Of a DNA stretch of 64,000 bases, positions 9,490-19,263 are shown piece by piece (positions within the stretch are counted from its first letter, which is position 1; each line of letters starts with the position of its first letter). The stretch is taken from the IMG/VR virus record IMGVR_UViG_2821731843_000002, one strand, 5' to 3'. This DNA is from a virus. Taxonomy: Duplodnaviria > Caudoviricetes. The notes beneath the pieces are model-generated. The model ran no database searches. It was not told the DNA's origin and was given only the letters and a program-made list of their open reading frames with translations. The position numbers were made by a program, and so were the translations under genes.

Positions 9490-9814
9490 AGCCGTCTTCT
9501 CTCGCCTCTGCCCAGGCGCTCATACAACGCGCGGCAAGGCTGTCTTGCGCTGGGTCATTGCCCAACAGGTCCGGGGCAAAGTCATGAGGGCCTAAGCGCC
9601 AGAGGTGACGACAATTGAGCGAATTCACCACATCCTTTTCTGCAGGGTAGACCTCAATTGCGCGGGCCTCAGCCCCCCAGGTGGCGTTTTTGATGTCCTG
9701 CAATTGGTCCCAGGTGATCTTGCCATCATGGATGACCCATAGGTGGCCGATGCCAGTGTCGACGTGGACCTCATAACCATGGGCCTTTGATGTGCGAATG
9801 TCGGGTTCAGCCAT
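9479..9814 (-). CDS. Conserved phage hypothetical protein
   Basis: TWDQLQDIK...AIEVYP...NCRHLW pattern recalled from other phage small proteins; translationally coupled on both sides; no counterpart in prophage B. Confidence 0.6.
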   Translation of the reverse strand: MAEPDIRTSKAHGYEVHVDTGIGHLWVIHDGKITWDQLQDIKNATWGAEARAIEVYPAEKDVVNSLNCRHLWRLGPHDFAPDLLGNDPAQDSLAARCMSAWAEAREDGYAG

Positions 9815-10377
9815 CAGGCAAACCCCATGATTTCTCGGGCCTTCTGGGCGGCCTCTTTTTCCACATCGCCGGCTTCGACCGCATCGTCCAGTTTGCTGGC
9901 CATCGCGGCGCGTTCCGCTTCTACGATCCGTTCCCGTTCGGCTTCCATGATTTGTTCGCGAATGCCGGAACTGGCCATGACGTCCTTCAACATCTTGCCG
10001 AGGAAGTGCAACTCGCGCGGATCGATGTCTTTGCCGTCCATGGCCATCTGGCTTTGCATGACCTTGAAGGCCAGAGTAGTGATCATCTGAAACAGAACGT
10101 TGTGACGTTGCGCTTCTTCTTCCAACCCGTTGTCATTCATCCAGCCTGCAGCCCAGGCGCTGGCCTCATCCTGGTATTTGACGAATTCGGCGTATTCGGT
10201 TCCATAGGCATGAATGGCGGATTTCTTGATCCGCAATTCAACGCCTTCTTCTTCCAGACGAAAATTCAGATCTTCGGCCAGATCCTCATAACCGGAAAAG
10301 CCGCGCTCTTTCAGCGCGTCCTGTAGCCACTTCTTTAGCTCTGCTGGTAGCAAATCGACCTTGCGAGGTGGGGGCAT
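9814..10377 (-). CDS. Mu gp27-like (DUF3486) putative terminase small subunit
   Basis: MPPPRKVDLLP start, KSAIHAYG; homolog 50867-51424. Confidence 0.8.
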   Translation of the reverse strand: MPPPRKVDLLPAELKKWLQDALKERGFSGYEDLAEDLNFRLEEEGVELRIKKSAIHAYGTEYAEFVKYQDEASAWAAGWMNDNGLEEEAQRHNVLFQMITTLAFKVMQSQMAMDGKDIDPRELHFLGKMLKDVMASSGIREQIMEAERERIVEAERAAMASKLDDAVEAGDVEKEAAQKAREIMGFA

Positions 10378-10379
10378 CG

Positions 10380-10679
10380 TTATTGACCGCCATCGGGCAA
10401 GCGCACCCCTTCATCAACGATTTCGTTGCGGGCCAGGCGTTTTCCACGTTTGGTAATCTCGGCAATGATCACGTCGCCGTCACCGCCGGTCTGAACGAGG
10501 CCCTTTTCTTCCAGCCAACTCACTGCAGCGATGATTTCATTGTAATAGGATGGAATGCCGCAACCTTTGGCCACGGCCAGCAGAATATCTGCATTCGCGG
10601 GCTGACCGTTGACCTGGTGTAGGTAGCCGACAATAGCGCCTCTTCGGGCGATTTTCTGCTCTTCTTGATAACTGTTCAT
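10380..10679 (-). CDS. Mu gp26-like small winged-helix protein
   Basis: RGAIVGYL...WLEEKGLV...ITKRG pattern; homolog 51428-51724. Confidence 0.65.
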   Translation of the reverse strand: MNSYQEEQKIARRGAIVGYLHQVNGQPANADILLAVAKGCGIPSYYNEIIAAVSWLEEKGLVQTGGDGDVIIAEITKRGKRLARNEIVDEGVRLPDGGQ

Positions 10680-11017
10680 TTGAGGTCTCTCAGAAATTTC
10701 TCATGAGCGCCGACTGTGCGTTCAACACGGTCCTGGCTGGCGGAGAGGCTTTCCATTTGGGTGAGGATTGCTTTCACGTTGCCGTTCATCCGCTCAATGC
10801 CGATGTTCAGATCGTGAAATTCGTTCTTGGAGGGCAGTGTCCTAACTTCCTGCTCGAGTTTCTGAATTTTCAGATCGTGCTCGTCCATGCGCTTGGAGCC
10901 AGTGTGAAACCGCTTGTCCACGTCTTTGCGGCGGGTGGCGAACCATGTGTAAATTATGGCCGCAACAGCCATTGCCAAATTTGTGAACTTAATACTCGTA
11001 TCTAGATCCAAGTTCAC
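10676..11017 (-). CDS. Mu gp25-like (DUF2730) small membrane/coiled-coil protein
   Basis: N-terminal TM then coiled coil; homolog 51721-52092. Confidence 0.65.
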   Translation of the reverse strand: MNLDLDTSIKFTNLAMAVAAIIYTWFATRRKDVDKRFHTGSKRMDEHDLKIQKLEQEVRTLPSKNEFHDLNIGIERMNGNVKAILTQMESLSASQDRVERTVGAHEKFLRDLK

Positions 11018-11577
11018 TTGCCTCCCTCACGCCAGGCGCGGACGGCCTCGTTGTCTGACGGCTCAATAGCGGCTTCGGACAATCCAGCGTCGGTGCCGGT
11101 CTCGGCAGCGCCTGGGCTGTCATGCCGAAGGGCACGGATTTGGCTGATGCTTTCCAGAACCTGCGGCAATCGCGCCGTGCTTTGCGTGATAGCCTGGCTG
11201 AACTCTTGCGATTTCATTTGGAAGCGTCCGCCAAAATAGAAAGCGACAATGGTTCCGGCCAACCACCACAGCGGATCTGGCACCAAAACCAGCCCCTGCA
11301 TCCGTTCGGCAAACCAAAGCGGATCGTACATGGCCGAGGCAAACAGCGAAAAAATGGCAATCACAATCAACGGGCGGGGCAGGCGGTTTAATCCGTCCAT
11401 AAAGCGGTCAAAGCGCCCCTTGCGTTCCACCTGAAACTCAGCCCCGAACTGACCCAAGGCCGACTGGGCATAATCGGCGCGGCGCTGTGCACCTGCTTCG
11501 GTGTTTTCCATGAACACCTCGGCGGTCTCGGCAACCACATTACGGCCACCACCAAAAATCAATTTCAGCAGGTTCAT
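11014..11577 (-). CDS. Holin (GTA-type 3TM family)
   Basis: NRLPRP followed by hydrophobic helices and FYFGGR; adjacent to endolysin. Confidence 0.75.
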   Translation of the reverse strand: MNLLKLIFGGGRNVVAETAEVFMENTEAGAQRRADYAQSALGQFGAEFQVERKGRFDRFMDGLNRLPRPLIVIAIFSLFASAMYDPLWFAERMQGLVLVPDPLWWLAGTIVAFYFGGRFQMKSQEFSQAITQSTARLPQVLESISQIRALRHDSPGAAETGTDAGLSEAAIEPSDNEAVRAWREGGK

Positions 11578-12185
11578 GACCAGCCCCCCACGCGCTTGGA
11601 AAATTCTTGATCTGTCATGTGGAACTCAGGGCTGATGAACTCCTCGGCCCGCTTGATCCAGCCGCCTTTGCCACCAGCCCGGGTGCGGGCGTATTTGCGC
11701 GACTTGGCGCGCCGGTCAGCAAGGCGAAAATAGTAATTGCGACGGGCGATGCCGTAGGCGTCTACGAAATATGCGCCAGCCTTTTTGAAGGCCCGGTGGA
11801 CGGCGGCGGCGGACTGGGGCCCCAAGGCCCCGTCAACAGTCACCGGTTCCTGAAAATCCCGAAGCAGCCGCTGCAGGATCTTCACCGCGTTACCGCCTGC
11901 GTTCACATACATGTCGAACATCGAGGGCTGCAGCTCAACAGGCAGCAGATTTATACGCGGTCTCTCGAAATAGTGCTTGATGAAAATATCAACGGCTTGG
12001 GGCCGGGTCAGCAAACGCACGTCCGCCGCGTCCACATCGCCATCGCGGTCCAGGTCCAGCCCCAAACGGCGCATGGTGTGGATGGTCACGCCGTAATTGG
12101 TGGCCCCGCCAGGATCGTCGGCGTCGTTCACATAGCCGCCCTCGCGCGCGACAATATCTTTGGCAATATTCTGAACTGAGTGCAT
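11574..12185 (-). CDS. Endolysin, glycoside hydrolase family 108 with PG-binding domain
   Basis: EGGYVNDADDPGGATNYGVT catalytic motif; VDGALGP. Confidence 0.9.
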   Translation of the reverse strand: MHSVQNIAKDIVAREGGYVNDADDPGGATNYGVTIHTMRRLGLDLDRDGDVDAADVRLLTRPQAVDIFIKHYFERPRINLLPVELQPSMFDMYVNAGGNAVKILQRLLRDFQEPVTVDGALGPQSAAAVHRAFKKAGAYFVDAYGIARRNYYFRLADRRAKSRKYARTRAGGKGGWIKRAEEFISPEFHMTDQEFSKRVGGWS

Positions 12186-12236
12186 TCCTACGCTCCATCT
12201 GTTTGGAGCGAAACTAGGCCGGTTTAAGGGCTAAGC

Positions 12237-12256
12237 CTTCCCTGACAACTGTCGGG
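12237..12256 (-). promoter_or_regulatory. Late-promoter activator dyad upstream of endolysin (Plys-like)
   Basis: Identical to 4020-4039; -10-like TAGTTT at 12216-12211 with the same spacing. Confidence 0.75.
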
Positions 12257-12267
12257 GGTAATTGGTA

Positions 12268-12654
12268 TTAAAGGAAAAAGTCTTGCTGTCGGCCACCCGA
12301 CAGCAGTGCCGCTACTCGTTCCACAGTTCTCACGTGGACGTCAACCTCGGCGGCAATTTCGGCATGGCTCATGCCCTGGTCGAGCAACGCGGCGATACGT
12401 TGGCGACGTCCTGTTTCACCGCCATAATTACCGGTTGGGATGATTACGTTTCCGCTGCCCAAAAGCTTGATAATCGCAGCGGCGTTTTCCTCACCAACTA
12501 TTTTTGCCAATGCGCCGTTGGGGGTTGGCGTCTTTGGAATATAGATTTGCCGACCGCCACGCGCCATGGCCAGTTTGATTGCGGCGTCCTGGTTGACCTC
12601 TTCAGTGATTAAGGCCAAGACGCCGGGCAAATAGGGTTTGAACGTGCGGTTCAA
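12268..12654 (-). CDS. Mor/C-like late transcription activator
   Basis: RGGRQIYIP motif plus C-terminal HTH (MSHAEIAAEVDVHVRTVERV); last early gene before lysis promoter. Confidence 0.72.
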   Translation of the reverse strand: MNRTFKPYLPGVLALITEEVNQDAAIKLAMARGGRQIYIPKTPTPNGALAKIVGEENAAAIIKLLGSGNVIIPTGNYGGETGRRQRIAALLDQGMSHAEIAAEVDVHVRTVERVAALLSGGRQQDFFL

Positions 12655-13106
12655 TTCCGATGCTCCAACCAGTCAAAATCAATACCAGCACGTACACCCC
12701 AGGCCTTCAGAGCTTGGATCACAGCGTTGATTTGTTTGTGATCGCGTAGCATGTCGACGTCGGCAGGCACTGAGCCCCAGGTGTTGCCAAACTGGTCCCG
12801 AATGAACTTGTTGAGCCCGGCGCGGCTGGGATCGCGCAATTCGCTTGCCTCCCCGAGCTTTGTCCAAATCACATGCACCAGGCGCAGATCTGGGCGCGGC
12901 GCAGCTTTGTGCTTTTTCTTGCCTTTTGAAGAGGTTTTAAAGCCGTCGGCTTTGAGCCGTTTAAGCACCTTCAATAGGTCGTCGTCGCTCATGTCTTTCA
13001 TCGAGTGCTTACCGGTCACAACAAGCTGCAAGGCACGGCGCGCGTCACCGTCCAGGCCAAGTTCGCGGCACCCGATGTGGATCTTTTGCTGCAGGGCGCG
13101 GTTCAT
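12651..13106 (-). CDS. GemA / Mu gp16 (DUF1018) family protein
   Basis: KIHIGCRELGLD, TGKHSMKDM, VIQALKAW motifs. Confidence 0.8.
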   Translation of the reverse strand: MNRALQQKIHIGCRELGLDGDARRALQLVVTGKHSMKDMSDDDLLKVLKRLKADGFKTSSKGKKKHKAAPRPDLRLVHVIWTKLGEASELRDPSRAGLNKFIRDQFGNTWGSVPADVDMLRDHKQINAVIQALKAWGVRAGIDFDWLEHRN

Positions 13107-13360
13107 CAGGACACCTCGTCTAAGAAGGGTGCAACCGGGTGAGACGTCGCCACGTCGGCTTCCATCCGGCGCATGGTGGTTTCCATTTCTTGGCGCGCGA
13201 TGGTGTCAAACTCACCGGGTTCCATTTTGGAAAGAGCTGCGTCCGTTTTAAGCACCGAGAGCCGGGCCCCTAAAACCAAGGAAGCCCGCCGTTGTTTGAT
13301 CGCAAAGGCGGTGAAGCTGCTGCGCAGGGCCTGGCGCATTTCTGTTTTACTCTTTGCCAT
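13106..13360 (-). CDS. Hypothetical early protein
   Basis: 84 aa, almost identical to 57951-58205. Confidence 0.65.
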   Translation of the reverse strand: MAKSKTEMRQALRSSFTAFAIKQRRASLVLGARLSVLKTDAALSKMEPGEFDTIARQEMETTMRRMEADVATSHPVAPFLDEVS

Positions 13361-13387
13361 TCTAGGGTCCTTTCTTGGGTTGGGGCT

Positions 13388-14095
13388 TCAGGCTTTTGCC
13401 AAATCAATGGTGATGTGCTGCCACTTGGCATCCAGTGTGGGACGTCGGTAGCAGCGCACATAAGTGGATTTACCCACCACACGCATGGCGTCGCGAATGG
13501 CCTGCATGGCGCGTGTCCAGCGGGTGTCCTGGATGTCCAGTTGCAAGAGTTTGTAAATCTCGGCGCGATTGATCTGGCCTTCTTTGTCGGTGTTGAAGGC
13601 ATTGGTGACGATGGCTTGCAATTCGACCGGGGCTTCGGCGGACCATTCATTCAGGCATTCGTCAACAAGGCCCTTGGCAACCTGCAGTTCGGGACCAAAG
13701 TCAAATTGGTCGGCCACCGCCACTTGAACCTTAAATAGGCCATCAAAGCTCATCAGGGTTTTGTTGCCTCGTTTGCCGCCAATGGTGGACCCGTATTCCT
13801 GTTCCAGGATCGCCTCAAAGTCTCCAATGTCGTCAAAGACATGTTCCTTGAAACGGGCGGTCTGGGTGCTGAGCGCCAAGGCGTATCCGGCAATCTTGCG
13901 CACCGTTTCGTCCTGGAGCTGGTCCTGGGCTTTGACCAGGTCAATAGGCACCAGGCCGCCCTTGGTATCGGTCATGTAGGTATTGCCGTTTGCGGTTACG
14001 CGACCGTCGGATATTGGTTCGGGCTCAAATTGGCTTGGGGTTTGGGTGGTCAATGGATCTGCTCCGTTTTGCGGGCTTCGTTCAGGATTTTGCAT
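13388..14095 (-). CDS. DUF3164 family protein with N-terminal extension created by deletion
   Basis: GGKRGNKTLMSFDG, FGPELQVAKGLVDEC, YVRCYRR motifs; ATG 14095 with GGAGG RBS. Confidence 0.8.
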   Translation of the reverse strand: MQNPERSPQNGADPLTTQTPSQFEPEPISDGRVTANGNTYMTDTKGGLVPIDLVKAQDQLQDETVRKIAGYALALSTQTARFKEHVFDDIGDFEAILEQEYGSTIGGKRGNKTLMSFDGLFKVQVAVADQFDFGPELQVAKGLVDECLNEWSAEAPVELQAIVTNAFNTDKEGQINRAEIYKLLQLDIQDTRWTRAMQAIRDAMRVVGKSTYVRCYRRPTLDAKWQHITIDLAKA

Positions 14096-14543
14096 CTGCA
14101 AACCTCCGGGATTTGAAGACAAGTTTGACGTCGGCTTCGGGCGTTGCTGTGTCCGCCGGTTTGGTGGATTTCGGGTCGTTGCGCGGGCACTTCCGGCAAA
14201 ACCGGGTCATCAGAACACGCTGAGGATCAGAGGACGTGCCGCGCCGGATTTCATCGCGCCAATGCAGGCAGATCTCGGAAGCGATTTCACCGATGGCCGG
14301 GCAGTCAATGTCGCCGCTGATGTAGATCTCGCGCACCCGCATGGCGACGTTGTCATAGCTGCCCTGATAGCTCTTTCGAATAACCTGGCTAACGGCTGCG
14401 GCGCTGATACCAAGGCGGGCTGCAACCTTGTTCTGCGAGCTGCCGTCGCACTCTTTGATCAGGGTCATGATCCAATCGGGGAGCTCGTCGCCCCAGGCAT
14501 CTTGCGCCACAATCTCACGGTCGCTGATTATGAGGTTGCCCAT
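14082..14543 (-). CDS. Early HTH-containing protein
   Basis: SQNKVAARLGISAAAVSQVI helix-turn-helix; Cys-rich C-terminus; homolog 59385-59846. Confidence 0.7.
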   Translation of the reverse strand: MGNLIISDREIVAQDAWGDELPDWIMTLIKECDGSSQNKVAARLGISAAAVSQVIRKSYQGSYDNVAMRVREIYISGDIDCPAIGEIASEICLHWRDEIRRGTSSDPQRVLMTRFCRKCPRNDPKSTKPADTATPEADVKLVFKSRRFADAKS

Positions 14544-15412
14544 GTGACCTCCTCCCCCTGGACATAGACAACACGGCCCTCGTTCGGGTCGACCACGACG
14601 GGAAGACGTTTAATCGTTGGGGGCAGCGGGCCTGTGTCGCGCACCAGGTGGTAGCGAACCGATTGCGCCGAGGTGCGGCCCCGGCGGCTGTCTTTCAGAT
14701 ACCCGGCTTTTTCCAATGTCGAGCAGTAACTGCGGATGCCCTTTTCTGAGAACTCGCCTTCAAACCCGGCAAAGGTCATCAGCATGTCCTCAACGGTGAA
14801 CTTGTTCGCAGCCCGCATTGCCGTCCAAATCCGGCCTTCCGTGGACAGACGTTTGTCCTTGGCCCGGTTCATGATTTCCAAGGTCGAGAACGCGGTATAG
14901 TAGGGCTTGCCATTGTCATAACCGGCAGATCTCAGCAGGCCGGCGTTTTCCAGGGACCTCAAAAACAATGTGGTCTTGTTATCCGGGGCGATTTTCTGCG
15001 CCAGGACAAGATCGCGGGTGAACCGGAGCTGCTGGCGCACAAAATCCCAAAGCTTTTTCTCTTCTGGCGTTTGCGGCGTCCAGGCCTGCACGGGCAGGGC
15101 CGTGTCCTGGAATGCGGAAATCTTGGAACCCAGCCTGTCAGAGCGCCATTGCGCATCCATAGCGCTGGTATCAATCAAAGCTGCATCGCCCGATAGGCTG
15201 GCCGGATCTTGCGCGGTGTAATAGCGAATGTTGCCCTTGCGCTGATAGAGTTTGACCAGGTTCAGGCGGGCCAGACTACGCAGGTAGTTGGTCCGCTTCC
15301 AATCCCCGGCAGCACAGAAGGCATCGACATCAGCGTGGGTGAACACCTGGCGCGATTGGATGAATTGCCAGATTTCCTGCTCATGTGCCCCGGATGGGGC
15401 GTGTGCGCTCAT
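14528..15412 (-). CDS. Early hypothetical protein (repeated winged-helix-like units)
   Basis: 294 aa; homolog 59831-60715. Confidence 0.7.
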   Translation of the reverse strand: MSAHAPSGAHEQEIWQFIQSRQVFTHADVDAFCAAGDWKRTNYLRSLARLNLVKLYQRKGNIRYYTAQDPASLSGDAALIDTSAMDAQWRSDRLGSKISAFQDTALPVQAWTPQTPEEKKLWDFVRQQLRFTRDLVLAQKIAPDNKTTLFLRSLENAGLLRSAGYDNGKPYYTAFSTLEIMNRAKDKRLSTEGRIWTAMRAANKFTVEDMLMTFAGFEGEFSEKGIRSYCSTLEKAGYLKDSRRGRTSAQSVRYHLVRDTGPLPPTIKRLPVVVDPNEGRVVYVQGEEVTWATS

Positions 15413-16151
15413 AGGGCACCCCCAACCGCTAGAAACTCATTCCCGGCGGGAAAGGGTTCCTTGCCCCAGTCCTTTAGGGTGACTTTCTGCATGTTCCAGG
15501 TGCGGGCCATGGTTCTGACATGGGCGATGCAGGTGCAAATCTCGCGCACCTTGCCACGTCTTTCCGAGACAATATGCTCCAGCAAATCTGGGGAGATTTC
15601 AACGCCACGGCCATAATACCCCGCAAGGGATTGGGCATCGTCCAGACTAGCCGGGTGAGCCGTGACCCGCTGCATGACACGGCTGGCGATGGCAGTGTAT
15701 TTGGCCAGTTTCGCCGGGAAGTCATAAGGGCCAATCAGGATCAGCGGCACGTCTGAGCGGTCATGCAAGAACCGGATACTGTCAATCATCCGGGGTTTCA
15801 GGGCGTGGTCGGCCTCGTCAATGACCAGGGTGCGCCCAGCCTGGGCCAGGCTTTCCTGGGCGCGCATTTCCAGATAGGCGGTGGAGCCTTTCTCGCGGGC
15901 CCCAGCTCGTTCAGGATCTTCTCAAACAGGAACTTACTGGTGTAATTGTTGGTCAGCTGAATATGCAGGATATCCTGGTGCGCCGAGGCAAACATTGCGG
16001 CATGGGTTTTGCCCACTCCGGGTTCGCCGTGAAGGACACCGATGCCGGGCAGGCCTATGTCACGGTTTTCCAGCGTCTCTATCAGCGAGGCCAATAGGTA
16101 AACATTGGTGAGCGGCTTTACATATTCGCCGAGTTTTGTTCTCTGTAACAT
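15409..16151 (-). pseudogene. MuB-like AAA+ transposition ATPase, frameshifted as sequenced
   Basis: Walker A GEPGVGKT and Walker B LVIDEAD in different frames; C4 at 15900-15903 vs C5 at 61203-61207 in the intact copy. Confidence 0.85.
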
Positions 16152-16199
16152 TGGTACCTCTGCTTCTTAGGTGTGCCATTGGGACGGCGTTTTTGGCGA

Positions 16200-18327
16200 T
16201 CAACCGGCGTCGTCCCGTTTGGCAAATTCTTCTACTTTCTGAAAACCGCGATACTCGGGCAGCTCGATGTAGCTGCGCAGCCAATCGGCCTCGCCACTGC
16301 CAACCCGTTTCCCGGCGTCTGATTTCGCGATGATGTCTTTGGCGTCTTGGAACCGCTCTTTGGGGGTTGAAGCGGGTTGAAACCGCCCAACGGCCTTGGG
16401 TTTTGGATCTAATTTCGCCTTGTCCTTCACCCGCTGCTCGAAGGCTTGCCGCGCCTCAACCACTACTGGATCTGACGTGACCTGATGGCGAGGAACCGAC
16501 ACGGTCTTTTGCTGAAAACCGGTTTCACAACCTTGGCTTCAACCAATTCCGATTGCGTCGCCGCTCGGGCGGTCCTGTCGGCGGCAATCTCTTGAACGGA
16601 CAGAGGGCGGTGGGCCTTCAGAAGCTCCTTTTGTGCTCTCTTGATCCTGTGATTACGGCGTTCAACTTCCTTGGCCCCGGTAACGTTGAAGAACCCGACT
16701 GTTTGCCGACATTCGGCAAATCCGAGGTAAGACCCGTCGAGCTCGTAGATATGAACACCGGAATGCAGATCCTCTGGATCAAATCGGGCCACAATCTTTT
16801 GCCAGCCCGCTCAGACATCCAGTCTGAATGATAGAAGTTCCTGAACAGTTGGAGCTGGCCGTTGTCCTTGTTCAGCTTGCCGGTCTCTTGACCCATCAGC
16901 CAAAGGCGACGTTGATCCTCGGTTGCCTTGCGGATAGGGGCTGTGGCGTAGCTCTCCGCAAATGTCTCGTCGAAGGATCGCCCCCGTGCAGTAGGGGACA
17001 ATCGGCCCTCGCGTAAATTGTGCTCCTCAACTCCTTCAGCCACAACCTTCACAAAATCGTCTAGAGGGATCGCACGATTGCCGTAGTTTTCGGGTTTGGC
17101 ATCTGGACGGTTGCCAGTATAAGCGCCGTCAAAGCGGGGTCTAAAGCGATGTCCTTTGCAAAATCCCGGAACCCACGTTCAATCGGTTTAGATTGGCCAC
17201 TTGCGGGCTTGGCCCAGTGAACTTGAATGCCCAGATTGGGAAGCACACCAAGGGGATCGTCTTTGCGCACCTTAAAGCGAAAGCGGTTCGGAATGCCGCC
17301 GGTGAGCCATTTACCGGTAAACTCCCGTCCGTTGTCGAACAGGCAATGGCTAGGATGCCCCAGGTTTCGACCAATTCGCCAAAGGCGGCCATGACCATTA
17401 CCATGTTGGGTGAATGATCGATGCGCCAGCTCAACATCTTGCCGGAATAGAGATCCTGGAAGGCAACGATCTGGGGCCTGTTTATGGTGCCGTCGGGCCA
17501 GCGCACGAAGACGTCAAACTTGTGGCAATCGGCGTTAACGCCTTCGAGCGCCGTCAGGGTGGTACGGTCCCGGATCTGCGCCGGAAAACAGCGCAACAAG
17601 CCCGCAAAACCTTCACGGGCCAACACTTGGCAAAGGCGCGGTACTTCATCGTCCAATCGCCGCTTTGCAGTCTTGCTGATCAGGATGTCCCAACCCTCAT
17701 GCTTGGCTTTTTGCAGGCAGCGCGATAGCATTGGGCAAATGTTGGTGGTCCTTGGCGCAGATAATCGCTTGTTAAATAGTCCATAAACGCTTGGGTGCAG
17801 GCCGCCTTATTGGGCTTGCGAACAGCCAAACGGTTACGCGGCACCAGATAGGCCAGGCGGTCCTCAGGGGCGACGCCTTCAACCATGCCGATCCAGTTGT
17901 AGACACTGCGGGCAGAGGAGCCACATTGGCGCGCGGCCTCGGCCACGGCGTGAACATGGGTAACGCCGGACTGGTGCAGACCTTCCACCATTTGCAGCGC
18001 AGCCAGCCGGGTTCTAGCCTTGGTCTTTGCAGTTTCCGGCAGGCTATCAAATGCGGCCCAGGCATTGCCCCGGTCCGGGCGTTCGTCAGGGGTCTCAGCG
18101 GCATCTGTCAGCAGCTTGCGCCGTGCTGCTAAGGGCAACACCGACCAGTGATATATCCAGCCGCCACCGCGTCCAACCTTGCGCTTGGCGCAGCCTTCAA
18201 TGGCGCGCCAGCCGAACCGCTGTGCCAGCAGGTTTATGCCTGGTTTGCTGCCCGGCAGTTCGGGCAGGCCAGAGTTGGCCAGCTCTTCAACTGTCCACCA
18301 GATCTGTTTGGGTTCAACGACGCTCAT
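16200..18327 (-). pseudogene. MuA-like DDE transposase with five -1 frameshifts as sequenced
   Basis: Fragments align to 61504-63636; NADCHKFD, FDNGREF, SKPIERGF motifs. Confidence 0.85.
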
Positions 18328-18331
18328 TTGG

Positions 18332-19240
18332 TCACCCCGCCCGTTTGCTGGTGAAGGGGACGATTTCGGCATCTGTTTCCAGGGCTTCGTCGCTAACGAC
18401 TAGGGCGTCTTTGCCCAGTAGCTCCAGCAGCTCGTCGCGGTGATCCTCGGCAAACCTCCGCCGGGCTTCTTTTGGGGCCCGTGAATAGGCGTCGTTTAGT
18501 TTTCTGCGCGCTGCCTCAACCGGGTCTTTAACTGCAGTTCCGGGGGATTTCTTACGGGCCAGAACTTCCTTGGCGGATTTGGCGGTGCCATCGCCCAGGG
18601 CGCGACAAATGTCATACCGATCCGTTGTTGTTCCGCACTTGGCTATCTCTTGCAGGTCGGAAAGGGAGACCCGCTTAGGAGCGTCTCGGAGTTCTTGGAT
18701 TTCACGGGGGCCAAGGGACCGGCCCGCAGCAACAAGGCGGCGAACTGTGCGCTCGTCGACGCCCATTTTGTCGGCTGTTGCGGTTACAAATGATACGACG
18801 GACATGTTGTCCGCCGTATCCCAACGTTTTGCGACCAAGTCTGCCCCGGTTGCTGCTTTTGTCTCAGGATAGGCCCGTTCATACACTTCTTTGCGACGGG
18901 CAAGGAATACTGCCAAATCCAAAGTGTTAAGTTCGGCATGTGCCAGGTTGTCGTCGATCTCGGCGAGGTCTGCCCAGTCGTCTGTGCAATCCCAGACCTT
19001 GGCGGGGATTACATCGCGACCCAGGGCGCGAAACGCTGCCATCCGGTGACCGCCGGCAATCAGCCGTAGCTTGCCGGTTTTCTTGACTTTGCGGACTTGG
19101 ATCTCGGACATCAGACCTTGGGTCTCAATCGAGTGTGTCAGGCTTTTAACAGCCGTTTCAGACACCGGGCGCAGTCGGTTTGATGTGTCGATGTCATCAA
19201 GCGGGATTTCTGTAACTTCAATCAGGCGTGGGGGACGCAT
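18332..19240 (-). CDS. ParB/Srx N-terminal domain protein
   Basis: SIETQGLMSEIQV and LIAGGHR motifs; AEIDDNL. Confidence 0.85.
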   Translation of the reverse strand: MRPPRLIEVTEIPLDDIDTSNRLRPVSETAVKSLTHSIETQGLMSEIQVRKVKKTGKLRLIAGGHRMAAFRALGRDVIPAKVWDCTDDWADLAEIDDNLAHAELNTLDLAVFLARRKEVYERAYPETKAATGADLVAKRWDTADNMSVVSFVTATADKMGVDERTVRRLVAAGRSLGPREIQELRDAPKRVSLSDLQEIAKCGTTTDRYDICRALGDGTAKSAKEVLARKKSPGTAVKDPVEAARRKLNDAYSRAPKEARRRFAEDHRDELLELLGKDALVVSDEALETDAEIVPFTSKRAG

Positions 19241-19263
19241 GGGGGATGCTCCTAAATGAAAAA

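Larger units (their letters stand above)
11014..12185. repeat. Long near-identical direct repeat of 52089-53260 (lysis module)
   Basis: Holin and endolysin proteins almost identical between the two prophages. Confidence 0.9.
12655..18600. repeat. Long near-identical direct repeat of ~57500-63900 (early/transposition module), interrupted by one ~458-bp indel
   Basis: Gene-by-gene alignment with offset 45303 (14082 vs 59385, 15409 vs 60712) rising to 45309 (18327 vs 63636). Confidence 0.9.
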
